Part shown: in pieces, positions 42,949-51,546 of the stretch
Position numbering within the stretch: position 1 is the stretch's first letter
Layout: each line of letters starts with the position of its first letter
NCBI GenBank assembly: GCA_965203855.1
Contig: CBDBDN010000008.1
Span: 287,459-351,458, forward strand
Length of the DNA: 64,000 nt
Source: Dehalococcoidia bacterium
Lineage (GTDB): Bacteria > Chloroflexota > Dehalococcoidia > Lucifugimonadales > UBA3495
Direction: 5' to 3'
The notes under the pieces: generated by a model
Told to the model about the DNA's origin: nothing
Databases searched by the model: none
What the model saw: the letters and a program-made list of their open reading frames with translations, nothing else
Position numbers and translations under genes: made by a program

Positions 42949-43764
42949 TTACCCGCCAATGCCGTCAATGCGGTATTGGACGGAGCCGCGCGGGGTGCTG
43001 ATCGTTACCTGCTCGCCGGCGGTTTTCCCCATCAGAGCCTGGCCGATGGGGGAGACGGTGGATATTTTGCCGGCGCCGGCGTCTGCTTCGCGGACGTCCA
43101 CCAGCGTAAAGATGCGCTGCTGCTGCCGTTCCAAGTCGTGGAGCGTAACCCGAGAGCCGATGCTGACGCGCTCGGTATCCCGGTTGGCGTTCACTATTTC
43201 AACCCGCGCCAGGTCGTTCTCCAATTGCCGGATGCGGCGTTCTACCAGCTGCTGCTGCTCACGGGCGGCGTCCAGCGGGGCGTTTTCCCTGATGTCGCCG
43301 TCGCTGCGGGCCAGCCGCACGGCTTCCCGGATGCGGGGCATTTCGTCGTGCAGCCGTTGCAGCTCGGCCTGTAGTTCGTCATGGCGTTCCTGGCTCAAAC
43401 GCGCAGTAGGGGAACTGCCGCCGGAACCGGTCAGGCCGACCGCGGATGCCCGCCGTCGTTGCCGGCGCGGCGCGGCGGCATAGCGCGCCAGGCTGATTGC
43501 GGTCAATTTGCGGCGGTTGGCAAAGGTAAGGAACTTTTTCACCGGATCCAGGCGAGTGGCGGCGTCCTCAACATTCTCGGTAGTCCACTTGGCGTATTCG
43601 CCGACATCAATGGCGTGCAGCTCGGCAATCGGCTTGTCGCGCCCGATGCGCGCCTGGAACCGCAAAAGTTCCTGCTGTCCCGGTATCAGCTGCTTGCTGT
43701 CCCTCAAATGCTCAACAAACAGGTCAATGGCTTGCGCGATGGAAATGTCGTGGCTGTTGGTCAA
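42949..43764 (-). CDS. GreA-family transcript cleavage factor with a ~120-aa N-terminal extension
   Basis: The C-terminal ~150 aa form a complete GreA: LQAELQRLHDEMPRIREAVRLARSDGDIRENAPLDAAREQQ, then GSRVTL...VDVREADAGAGKISTVSPIGQALMGK. I do not recognise the N-terminal domain with confidence. Confidence 0.7.
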   Translation of the reverse strand: MTNSHDISIAQAIDLFVEHLRDSKQLIPGQQELLRFQARIGRDKPIAELHAIDVGEYAKWTTENVEDAATRLDPVKKFLTFANRRKLTAISLARYAAAPRRQRRRASAVGLTGSGGSSPTARLSQERHDELQAELQRLHDEMPRIREAVRLARSDGDIRENAPLDAAREQQQLVERRIRQLENDLARVEIVNANRDTERVSIGSRVTLHDLERQQQRIFTLVDVREADAGAGKISTVSPIGQALMGKTAGEQVTISTPRGSVQYRIDGIGG

Positions 43765-44006
43765 CTGATTGCCTCCGGTTGCGGCGCCGTCGCGGGTTGC
43801 AGATTAGTTGGCAATGATAGCATTACCGCCGGATTGGGGCAAATCGCTGCGGCGCGCCCGACCGACAGCGGTCTGCGCGCGGCGGCGGATTAGACGGGCC
43901 CTATCCCGTCCATAGCGGCGCCGGGACGGCTGCCGATTTGAGGGCATAAAAATAGCGACGGCCTGCATCAGGCCGCCGCCAATTCGGGCGAGGCACTCCG
44001 CAATGG

Positions 44007-44177
44007 TTATGCGGTCGGAGTGGCGCCGATGCGGAACTTCTTGGTGCCGCAGACTACACAAAAACCCTGCGTGGCCGGGCGGCCGTTTTTCATCGTAATG
44101 GCCTGGACATCCCGGGAGTCGGTCTTGGTCTTGCACTTGACGCAGTAAATCTGTACTGCGGCGGTGGTGGTGGTCAT
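44007..44177 (-). CDS. DUF5679-like small zinc-ribbon protein
   Basis: MTTTTAAVQIYCVKCKTKTDSRDVQAITMKNGRPATQGFCVVCGTKKFRIG carries two CxxC pairs. Confidence 0.6.
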   Translation of the reverse strand: MTTTTAAVQIYCVKCKTKTDSRDVQAITMKNGRPATQGFCVVCGTKKFRIGATPTA

Positions 44178-44503
44178 TTTCGCCTCCATGTCAACCTTGC
44201 TGGGTATTCCGTCGTTTGTAATACACTACCGGGCGACATTGCGTCAAGCACGGGCCGGGCAGTTTTGCCCCAATCGCCGCCGATTTCCTAAAATTCGTAC
44301 AAGTTGACGCATTGCGCGGGCCGCCGCCGCAGTTCGGACGGCAGTATAGCGACGCCCGCGCGCCGTATGGCGGCAGGGCGGATGCCGTAGTACAATCGTA
44401 GCGCCGACGCCGTCAAGCAACCTGCCGATCAGTCAAGGCGCGGCAATCATGGCGCAGAAGCGCACAATAGCACGGCAAACTGTCCCGGCTGAGGAGGCTC
44501 ACT

Positions 44504-45922
44504 ATGAGGATGTACATTTGCGGAGAATGGGTTGACCGCGGCGCCAAAATGCCCGTCATCAACCCCTTTGACCAGCTGCCCTTTGACACGGTGCCGCGGG
44601 CCTCGGCTGCCGATGTAGCCGCCGCCGTTTCCAGCGCAGCGCGCGGCGCCGCCGTGATGGGCCAGCTGCCGGCCCACCGCCGTTACGCCATCTTAAAGCG
44701 GGCCGCCGACCTGATGACGGAGCGCGCCGACGACCTGGCCGAAACGATTACCCGCGAGGAAGGCAAAGTCATCGCCGAGGGCCGCGCCGAAGTGCAGCGC
44801 GCCGTACAGACGATTACCCTGTCGGCAGAGGAAGCCAAGCGGATCCACGGCGAAACCGTGCCACTGGACGCGATGCCGGGCGTGGTTAGCCAGTTCGGGT
44901 TCACCATCCGGGTGCCGGTGGGCATCGTGGCCGCCATTGCGCCGTTCAACTTTCCGCTCAATTTGGTTTGCCACAAGGTAGGGCCGGCGCTGGCCGGCGG
45001 CAACGCCGTAGTACTGAAGCCGGCCGGAGATACGCCGCTGTCGGCGCTGAAACTGACCGAAATTCTGCTGGAAGCCGGACTGCCGGAGGAAGCGATTCAG
45101 ACCGTTACCGGCTCCGGCGGCGAAATCGGCAATGTCATCACCGGCGACCCGCGCGTCCGCAAAATCACTTTCACCGGCAGTATGGAAGTGGGCGAGCAGA
45201 TTTGCCGCAACGCCGGCATCAAGAAAGTTACGATGGAGCTGGGTTCCAACAGCCCGCTTATCATTATGTCGGATGCCGATATTGAGAAAGTGGCGGCGGC
45301 TACGGTAGCCAGCGGGTTCGCCAATGCCGGGCAGGTTTGCATCTCCACGCAGCGGGTATTTGCGGCGCGCACGATTTACGCCGACCTGCTGGACGCTTTG
45401 GTGCAGCCGACGCAGGAATTCAGCGCCGGCAACCCGTTTGACGAGGATGTCAGGATGGGGCCGATGATTCGGCAGACCGATGCGGAGCGGGTAGAGAGCT
45501 GGATTGCGGAAGCCGTAGGACAGGGCGCGCGGGTCATCGCCGGCGGCGGCCGGGACGGCACGCTGCATACCGCTACGGTAGTGGCCGACGCGCGCCCGGA
45601 GATGCTGATTTCCCGCGAGGAGCTGTTCGGCCCGGCGGTTGCCGTCAGCGCTTTTGAGGACATTAACGACGCCATCGCCAAAGCCAACGATACCCGTTTC
45701 GGGCTGTCGGCCGGCATCTTTACGCAGAATGTGGACTGGGCGATGCGGTTCGCGCAGGAAGTGCATTCCGGCAATCTGCACATCAACTCGTCGCCGCAGT
45801 GGCGCGCCGACGTAATGCCCTACGGCGGCCTCAAAGACAGCGGTATGGGCAAGGAAGGCCCGGCCTACGCCATTGAGGAGATGACGGAGCTCAAGATGGT
45901 GGTGTTCCATACCGGCGGCTAA
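44504..45922 (+). CDS. NAD(P)-dependent aldehyde dehydrogenase
   Basis: 472 aa. FNFPLNL, VLKPAGDTP, the catalytic region ELGSNSP and GQVCISTQR, and a C-terminal EELFGPV-like EELFGPAVAV. Confidence 0.85.
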   Translation: MRMYICGEWVDRGAKMPVINPFDQLPFDTVPRASAADVAAAVSSAARGAAVMGQLPAHRRYAILKRAADLMTERADDLAETITREEGKVIAEGRAEVQRAVQTITLSAEEAKRIHGETVPLDAMPGVVSQFGFTIRVPVGIVAAIAPFNFPLNLVCHKVGPALAGGNAVVLKPAGDTPLSALKLTEILLEAGLPEEAIQTVTGSGGEIGNVITGDPRVRKITFTGSMEVGEQICRNAGIKKVTMELGSNSPLIIMSDADIEKVAAATVASGFANAGQVCISTQRVFAARTIYADLLDALVQPTQEFSAGNPFDEDVRMGPMIRQTDAERVESWIAEAVGQGARVIAGGGRDGTLHTATVVADARPEMLISREELFGPAVAVSAFEDINDAIAKANDTRFGLSAGIFTQNVDWAMRFAQEVHSGNLHINSSPQWRADVMPYGGLKDSGMGKEGPAYAIEEMTELKMVVFHTGG

Positions 45923-45928
45923 TCGCTT

Positions 45929-45994
45929 GCGGCCGTATTACGGCCGCAGCGTCTGAAATCAGGCCGGGGCCGGGCGTTTGCGCGCCGGCCCCGG
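45929..45994 (+). terminator. Two consecutive GC-rich hairpins after the aldehyde dehydrogenase gene
   Basis: GCGGCCGT-ATT-ACGGCCGC (45929-45947) and CCGGGGCCGG-GCGTTTGCGCG-CCGGCCCCGG (45964-45994). Confidence 0.45.
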
Positions 45995-46017
45995 CTGAAT
46001 TGAATGGAGGATTCGTA

Positions 46018-46830
46018 ATGACCAGCAGGCCGCACGGCATAGATGGATGGGGCTTTCCCAATCAGGAATATGCGCCGGAGCCGAAACTGCTCACCGCGCC
46101 CCCGGACAGCGCGCTGGTAGTTACGCCGCATCCCGATGACGCCGAGGGCGGATGCGGCGCTACGATGGCGAAATGGATTGCCGAAGCGGGCACCCGCGTC
46201 GTCATACTGATGTCCACCAACGGCAATAAAGGCACGGGCGACCGCTCTTACACGCCGGAGTCGCTGGCGGCAACGCGTGAGGTTGAGCAGCAGAACGCCG
46301 CCGCCGTGCTGGGCGTGTCCGAAGTGGTATTCCTGCGTCATGGCGACGGCGAGCTGGAGGATACCTACGCTTACCGGGGCGAAGTAGTGCGGCAGATCCG
46401 GCGGCATCGCCCGGAAGTGATTTTCGGCATTGACCCCTATCGCGTTACTTCACACACGCACCGCGACCATCGCCACAGCGGGCAGGCGGCCCTGGACGCC
46501 GCCTTTTCCTACGCCTGGAGCCGGCTGGATTTCCCGGAGCAGATTGAGGATGAGGGACTGCAACCCCATCGCGTCCGGGAAGCGCTGCTGTGGGGTTCGG
46601 AGCGCCCCGATGCGTTTGTTGAGATAACCGAGCATCACATTAGGGCCAAAGCCGCCGCATTGGGCGAACACGCTTCGCAAGTCAGCGCCCGCACTGCGGC
46701 CCAGCGTCTGGAACGGATGACGGAAGGCTGCCGACAGCAGGGCGCGCGCTGCGGCGTCCCCTATGCGGAGGGGTTCCGCCGCATTGAGTTCAACCTGGGC
46801 AGCGACGAATGGTGGCTGCTGAATCGGTAG
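46018..46830 (+). CDS. PIG-L/LmbE family deacetylase
   Basis: LVVTPHPDDAEGGCGATMAKW and HRDHRHSGQA. GGAGGA lies before the ATG at 46018. Confidence 0.8.
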   Translation: MTSRPHGIDGWGFPNQEYAPEPKLLTAPPDSALVVTPHPDDAEGGCGATMAKWIAEAGTRVVILMSTNGNKGTGDRSYTPESLAATREVEQQNAAAVLGVSEVVFLRHGDGELEDTYAYRGEVVRQIRRHRPEVIFGIDPYRVTSHTHRDHRHSGQAALDAAFSYAWSRLDFPEQIEDEGLQPHRVREALLWGSERPDAFVEITEHHIRAKAAALGEHASQVSARTAAQRLERMTEGCRQQGARCGVPYAEGFRRIEFNLGSDEWWLLNR

Positions 46831-46910
46831 GCCGCCGGACTGTGACCCGTTAGGCCGTTGCTTCGGCAACCGGGGGGCGGGTGTATAATAAGCTGTCAAG
46901 AGGGGATGCA

Positions 46911-47639
46911 ATGGTTACTATTCACACTACCGACGATTTTCTACGGGCTATGGATGAAAACCCGCGGTGGAAAGAGGCGGTGCGCCGCGCAATCCTAACC
47001 GAGGAGCTGATCAACCTGCCGTCCCGCTTCGACGAGTTCGTGGAGGAACAGCGGGAATTCAACGCCGAACAGCGTCAAATCAACGCCGAACAGCGGCAGT
47101 TCAACGCTGAACAGCGTCAAATCAACGCCGAACAACGGGAAACTAACGCTAACCTAACGGCGTCAATTGCGCGTCTTGAGAACAGGGTTGTTCGCTTGGG
47201 CAATGACATCGGAACCATGAAAGCCTTTTTCGCGCGTAGCCAAACCGCCCGTTATGCTGGCTGTATCGTTGCCGAAATGGGTTTTCAACAGGTTCGCATC
47301 CTTTCGCAGGACGATTTGCTGGCGTTGGACCGTACCGGCGACACTGCCGATCTATCTGCCGGCGAACTGAGCAGCTACCGACGCGCCGACCTAGTGGTAG
47401 AAGCAACTGACGCTGACCACGCGGTCCATTATATTGTCGTGGAAGTATCTTTTACTGCCGATGAACGCGATACTGGGCGCGCCCTGCGTAACGCTCGGTT
47501 GCTAACCCGCTTCACCGGCCATCCGGCTCACGCCGCCATCGCCAGCGTCCGCAATGTAAATGAAATCCAGCATCTTATCGACAGCGGCCAAGTCTATTGG
47601 TACGGACTGGACGACCGCAGCCCGCCGGAGGAGGACTGA
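46911..47639 (+). CDS. Hypothetical protein: heptad-repeat coiled coil plus a PD-(D/E)xK-like C-terminal domain
   Basis: TGTATAAT at 46882-46889 and an AGGGGA SD. 21-nt tandem repeats encode FNAEQRQINAEQRQFNAEQRQINAEQRE. The C-terminus reads RRADLVVEATDADHAVHYIVVEVSFTADERD. Confidence 0.6.
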   Translation: MVTIHTTDDFLRAMDENPRWKEAVRRAILTEELINLPSRFDEFVEEQREFNAEQRQINAEQRQFNAEQRQINAEQRETNANLTASIARLENRVVRLGNDIGTMKAFFARSQTARYAGCIVAEMGFQQVRILSQDDLLALDRTGDTADLSAGELSSYRRADLVVEATDADHAVHYIVVEVSFTADERDTGRALRNARLLTRFTGHPAHAAIASVRNVNEIQHLIDSGQVYWYGLDDRSPPEED

Positions 47640-47776
47640 CCCGGTATCGGTTTCAGCGATAACCCGATATTCAACCCGGCTGCGGAAACTCCGCCCCGCC
47701 CGCACTCCAACGCACCCCGTGCGCTCGCATCCTTGCCGGCCCGGGCGTTGCCGCACCGCGCCCACCATAACGTGCG

Positions 47777-48799
47777 CTACTGCTCCTGCAACTCGCGGAC
47801 GATGCGGCGCAGCTGCGTCTGTTCCGCATCAGTAGGCGTCTGGATGGAGAAATGCATCTCGTCCACCAGGCCGCCGTAGCGCTCTTTGAACTTGCCGGGT
47901 ATCTCGTCATACTCGCCGATAATGGCGAAAGCGTCCAGCATCTCGTCGGATACCAGGCCGCTCATTTCATCCCATTTGCCTTCTAGCGAAAGGCGATGCA
48001 GCCGCTGCCCGATTTCCTCAAAGCCGTGGCATTCCAGCACGGGGAAATAGGTGCGGGTAGATGAATAGAAAGCGATGCGGCGGCGCGTTTCGGCGTCCAT
48101 CTGCCGGATGGCATCCCGGTTAGGGCCGGTAACGATAAAGCCGCCGCCCATTACGGATATGTCGCCGGCGCTGCGGCCGGCCCGGCGCGCGCCCTCGGCG
48201 ATGTTGGGCTGGACTACCTGGCGCACATATTCGGGCGAAACCAGGCTGTGCAACATCAAGCCGTCGCTGACTTCGCCGGCCACCAGGCAGTTGTAGGCGT
48301 TGACGGCGGCGGTGTACACCGGCGGCGGGTTGTAGTCGCTGGGGCCGGGGCTGAAAAAAGGCGTCATCAGCGAAAACTGGTAGAAATCGCCGGCGTATTC
48401 CAGACTGCTGCCGGTGTCCCAGCAGTTCCAGATGGCGCGCAGCGACTGCACATATTCCCGCAGGCGCGGCCCGGCGGAGCCGGTCCAGCGAGTAGAAAAG
48501 CGGCGCTCGTTATGGCCCTTGACTTGCGTCCCCAAGCCCAGCCGGAACCGCCCGGCGCTGCCGTCCTGCAAGTCGCGGGCAGTGTAGGCCACCACCATCG
48601 GCGAACGGGGGAAAGCGATGGCAACATGGGTTTCCAGGGTAACGCGGCCGGTGCTGGTGGCGGCCACGGCCAGGGGCAGGAAAGGGTCGTGCGCCGTTTC
48701 GTTGGTAGCAACGCCATCATAGCCGATGCTTTCGGCCCAGGCGGCTTCGGCGGCGACAGCGTTGAGGTCGCGGGATTTGAGGGAATAGACGACACGCAT
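47777..48799 (-). CDS. F420-dependent LLM-class (luciferase-like) oxidoreductase
   Basis: 340 aa. ESIGYDGVATNETAHDPFLPLAVAA and RFRLGLGTQVKGHNERRF. Confidence 0.75.
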   Translation of the reverse strand: MRVVYSLKSRDLNAVAAEAAWAESIGYDGVATNETAHDPFLPLAVAATSTGRVTLETHVAIAFPRSPMVVAYTARDLQDGSAGRFRLGLGTQVKGHNERRFSTRWTGSAGPRLREYVQSLRAIWNCWDTGSSLEYAGDFYQFSLMTPFFSPGPSDYNPPPVYTAAVNAYNCLVAGEVSDGLMLHSLVSPEYVRQVVQPNIAEGARRAGRSAGDISVMGGGFIVTGPNRDAIRQMDAETRRRIAFYSSTRTYFPVLECHGFEEIGQRLHRLSLEGKWDEMSGLVSDEMLDAFAIIGEYDEIPGKFKERYGGLVDEMHFSIQTPTDAEQTQLRRIVRELQEQ

Positions 48800-48843
48800 T
48801 TTGGGTTGGCTCCTTGGGGGTATCAGTCATTTGAGGGTATCAG

Positions 48844-49830
48844 TCATTCGTCGTCGGCGAATTCCTGGAGGAGAGGCGGGAATATGCGGGCAAACTTTTC
48901 CAGAGCATTCGCCATCCATTCAACCTGGTTCGCCCAGTCGGATTCATCATTCGGGTCGACGCTGTCATTGCCCAAAATCAGAACGCTGCCTTTGCCGCCG
49001 CTAGTAGGACGTCGCTGGAGCGGTTCCACAAATTCGCTCTGGGTGCCCTGCTGCAACCGGACGCTGTTATCATCATGTCCATCGCCGGACAGCGTCATTT
49101 TGATATGGATATTTTGCTGTGGTGCAAATTTAGTAGCTATTCGGAATGCCTCCACCTCAAGCCCCGACTTCCTGATACTGGTTTTGATATAGTGCCGGCC
49201 CTGGTGGAAATGGGGGCCTTGCATTCCGATTTTTACCGGGCTGTTTTGCGCCGTTAGATAGGCGTCAAGCTGTTCCCAGAACCGTTGGTTCTGCAAGTTG
49301 GCGTCGGTTAAGATGCCGTTGCCGCTTTTGGCAGCCTGACTAGTGGCACGAGTCCATTCGTTGGGTTTGGCAATGATGTTGAATTTGGGGGCGGCCGGCG
49401 ATTCGCCGATGCGCCAGAGTTCAATCTCCAGTCCGAAAAATCGGAACCGTTCATCGGTGATTTCGTTCAGCCAGTCCAGCGCGGCGCGGTGTTCGTCGGT
49501 AAAGGTTTGGGCTACCCAGATGATGGTTGCGGTTCGCAGGCCGGCGGCATAGGTAAGCAGCTGGCCCAGATGGTTGTGGTCGGTGCGTTCCAGCTGGTTT
49601 TCAATCAGCACCAGGGAATCATCCTGCATATCACGGCACAGGATGTCCGCGCGGAAAGGGCCGACGCGTTCCTCTTGCCCCTCAGTTTCCAGTTCCATGT
49701 TGAGGGCGTCGGACAGCACCGCCAAATTCTCCGGCTGCGCCAGCCACGGCGTAAAGTCCTGCGCTTCGGTAGTCCATACCGTCCGCAGGTCAACCCGTGC
49801 CAGGCGCGCCAGTTCGTTTGCAGTAGTCAT
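48844..49830 (-). CDS. DUF4268-like protein with an N-terminal PD-(D/E)xK nuclease-like module
   Basis: MTTANELARLARVDLRTVW..FTPWLAQPENL..GPFRADILCRD..LVLIENQLERTDHNHLGQLLTYAAGL. Its start ATG overlaps the upstream stop (ATGA). Confidence 0.6.
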   Translation of the reverse strand: MTTANELARLARVDLRTVWTTEAQDFTPWLAQPENLAVLSDALNMELETEGQEERVGPFRADILCRDMQDDSLVLIENQLERTDHNHLGQLLTYAAGLRTATIIWVAQTFTDEHRAALDWLNEITDERFRFFGLEIELWRIGESPAAPKFNIIAKPNEWTRATSQAAKSGNGILTDANLQNQRFWEQLDAYLTAQNSPVKIGMQGPHFHQGRHYIKTSIRKSGLEVEAFRIATKFAPQQNIHIKMTLSGDGHDDNSVRLQQGTQSEFVEPLQRRPTSGGKGSVLILGNDSVDPNDESDWANQVEWMANALEKFARIFPPLLQEFADDE

Positions 49831-50306
49831 ACTGCCATCCCCTTTGCCGGCGGCGCGGCCGGCATTGCATCCGCCGCATTGTACTCCATTCCGACCGTGC
49901 TGTAAGGCTCCAGGAACCAGAGATCGGAGACGCGCAGCATAGCCTGGCCCAGCCGGAACATGGCTGCCGCCAGCTCGTCGGGGCGGGCGCATTTCGTAAT
50001 CAGCTCGCCCTGGCGGTAGGTTACTGCCGACGCCGGATTGCAGACTTTGCCCAGCAGATACCGCTGCTTTGCCGAAAGTTCGCTGCCCCCGGTGCGCTGC
50101 CACAGGCAGCCCAGCGTCTCGCCGCCGTCGGTAAGGACATACTGCCCGTCATTTAGCGAGACGAAAATAACCCCCATCGTGCCATCGTCAAACATAAAAG
50201 GAGTGAACAGACGCGCGCCGCCGTCCGGCATCGGTTCCGGGTCAATCTCAAAAAGCGAGGCCAGCCCGGCGCACAGCGCAGATTGCAGGTCGGCAGTAAT
50301 CATCAA
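49827..50306 (-). CDS. DUF1828-like hypothetical protein
   Basis: 159 aa. RLFTPFMFDDGTMGVIFVSLNDGQYVLTDGGETLG resembles the DUF1828 pattern. AAGGAG lies 9 nt upstream of the start. Confidence 0.45.
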   Translation of the reverse strand: MMITADLQSALCAGLASLFEIDPEPMPDGGARLFTPFMFDDGTMGVIFVSLNDGQYVLTDGGETLGCLWQRTGGSELSAKQRYLLGKVCNPASAVTYRQGELITKCARPDELAAAMFRLGQAMLRVSDLWFLEPYSTVGMEYNAADAMPAAPPAKGMAV

Positions 50307-50321
50307 AGATGCTCCTTTTCG

Positions 50322-50756
50322 TTAACCCGGCGAGTGCATTACGCCGCGATGTTCAATGCGGGCTTCGGCGCAGAACTGCCGCCATACCGCAACCGGACGA
50401 TGCCAGGGTTCCGTAATATCGGCAGGATTATAGGCCATCCGGTCAGCATTTTCCGCAGTCCAATAGTGCTTGTGCTTTACGCCAACCCGCTCGCCCGTCG
50501 TCGGATTGGTATGCGGATGCCCAAAGTTGATAGCGTAAATTCGTCCCGCTGGCCGATGTACCAAAGTATAGGCCAACGCGAAACGCTGCGGACGATACCA
50601 GCCGGCTACGAAAAGCGGATAGCCGCCATCCGAAGCAACTTCAGCTCGAAACTCTACTGCGCCGATGTGCTGCGGGTTTGGTGCCCACGCTATGTTGCCC
50701 TCAATCCGCTTGCCGAAGTCGGCCAGGATGTCATCAAATTCCTGCTGCGTGAGCAT
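50322..50756 (-). CDS. Hypothetical 144-aa protein, translationally coupled to the MNT gene
   Basis: TAATG stop/start overlap at 50754-50758. I recognise no motifs (…GHPHTNPTTGERVGVKHKHYW…). Confidence 0.45.
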   Translation of the reverse strand: MLTQQEFDDILADFGKRIEGNIAWAPNPQHIGAVEFRAEVASDGGYPLFVAGWYRPQRFALAYTLVHRPAGRIYAINFGHPHTNPTTGERVGVKHKHYWTAENADRMAYNPADITEPWHRPVAVWRQFCAEARIEHRGVMHSPG

Positions 50757-51107
50757 TAGCCGACCGTCCTGTCATCCGAATCGGCCGACGACTGCCCGGC
50801 GCTGGCTGATTTGCGGTAGATGACCATTCCCCATTCGTCAATATGCTGCCGCAGCGGGGCGTAGCGAATGCTTTCATAAGCCTTGACATCGCAGCTCTGC
50901 GGTATGTCCAGATCCTCCAGATCCAGCGCCAGGCGCCCCAGCCGGTAATCGTCGACGATGCCGTGGGTTGCCAGGTCGTAGTCGGAGCGCGGCGTTGCTT
51001 TCCCGGTAGCGCGGGAGCCGAACAGCGTTACCGCCGTCAGCTCCGGGTAGGCGGCGAAAATCCGCCGCATTCGCTCCCAAGTTGCCGGCGGGATGTGGGG
51101 TTGTCAT
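50756..51107 (-). pseudogene. MNT-type nucleotidyltransferase (HI0073-like antitoxin), N-terminus frameshifted as sequenced
   Basis: LFGSRATGKATPRSDYDLA. In-frame sequence upstream of the track start reads QPHIPPATWER back to the HEPN stop. The ATG at 51107-51105 (an ATGA overlap) is +1 out of frame. Deleting one G of GGGG (51097-51100) gives MTTHIPPATWERMRRIF. Confidence 0.7.
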
Positions 51108-51520
51108 AATTCCAACAACTCCGCCCCCAGGCGGCGATACAACTCGCCCAGAACTGCCAGATAGCGACTGCTGATGTTGGCGATAACCGCCTCAAATTTG
51201 GCGAAATCGTAGGTATGCGCCGTCAGGTTGCGGTCAACCAGCATATCCGTTCAGACTTCGGCAGCGTCGATTAGCCGGGCGGCGTAGGCTTCGCGGATGA
51301 CACTGCGCGGCGTAACCTCGTCGAGCACAATGCCGCCGTATTCCAGCCGGTCTTTGAGCGTCAGCCAGGCCAGCCGAAAGGTGTACTGAAACCGCTGGAT
51401 GGCGCCTTCGCGTTCTAGTTCATTCAGTTCTGCAACTCCCGACTCCACCGCATCGCTGAGCAAAATGTAGGCGCGGGAAAAGTTGCGAAAGCGGTAATGC
51501 CAGCGCGCTGTTTCGGTCAT
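51104..51520 (-). pseudogene. HI0074-family nucleotidyltransferase substrate-binding (HEPN) protein with an in-frame TGA
   Basis: MTETARWHYRFRNFSRAY...GAIQRFQYTFRLAWLTLKDRL...LIDAAEV[TGA 51251-51253]TDMLVDRNLTAHTYDF. The stop sits where the family has a conserved Trp before the RNxxxHxY HEPN motif. Confidence 0.7.
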
Positions 51521-51546
51521 CGCAGCATCCTCCCGACGCCCGCGCT

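Noticed and set aside
43804-44136. The 110-aa minus-strand ORF overlapping the DUF5679-like gene.
   Set aside because: It is Arg-rich with no motifs. The overlapping 57-aa zinc-ribbon ORF has a recognisable CxxC...CxxC pattern.
51251-51253. TGA decoded as Trp (an alternative genetic code), suggested by the TGA at a conserved Trp position in the HEPN gene.
   Set aside because: Many well-supported genes in the window terminate at TGA at the expected protein end (for example the SBP gene, MTase-HNH copy 1, and the ATGA-coupled gene pairs). A single TGG-to-TGA mutation is the simpler explanation.
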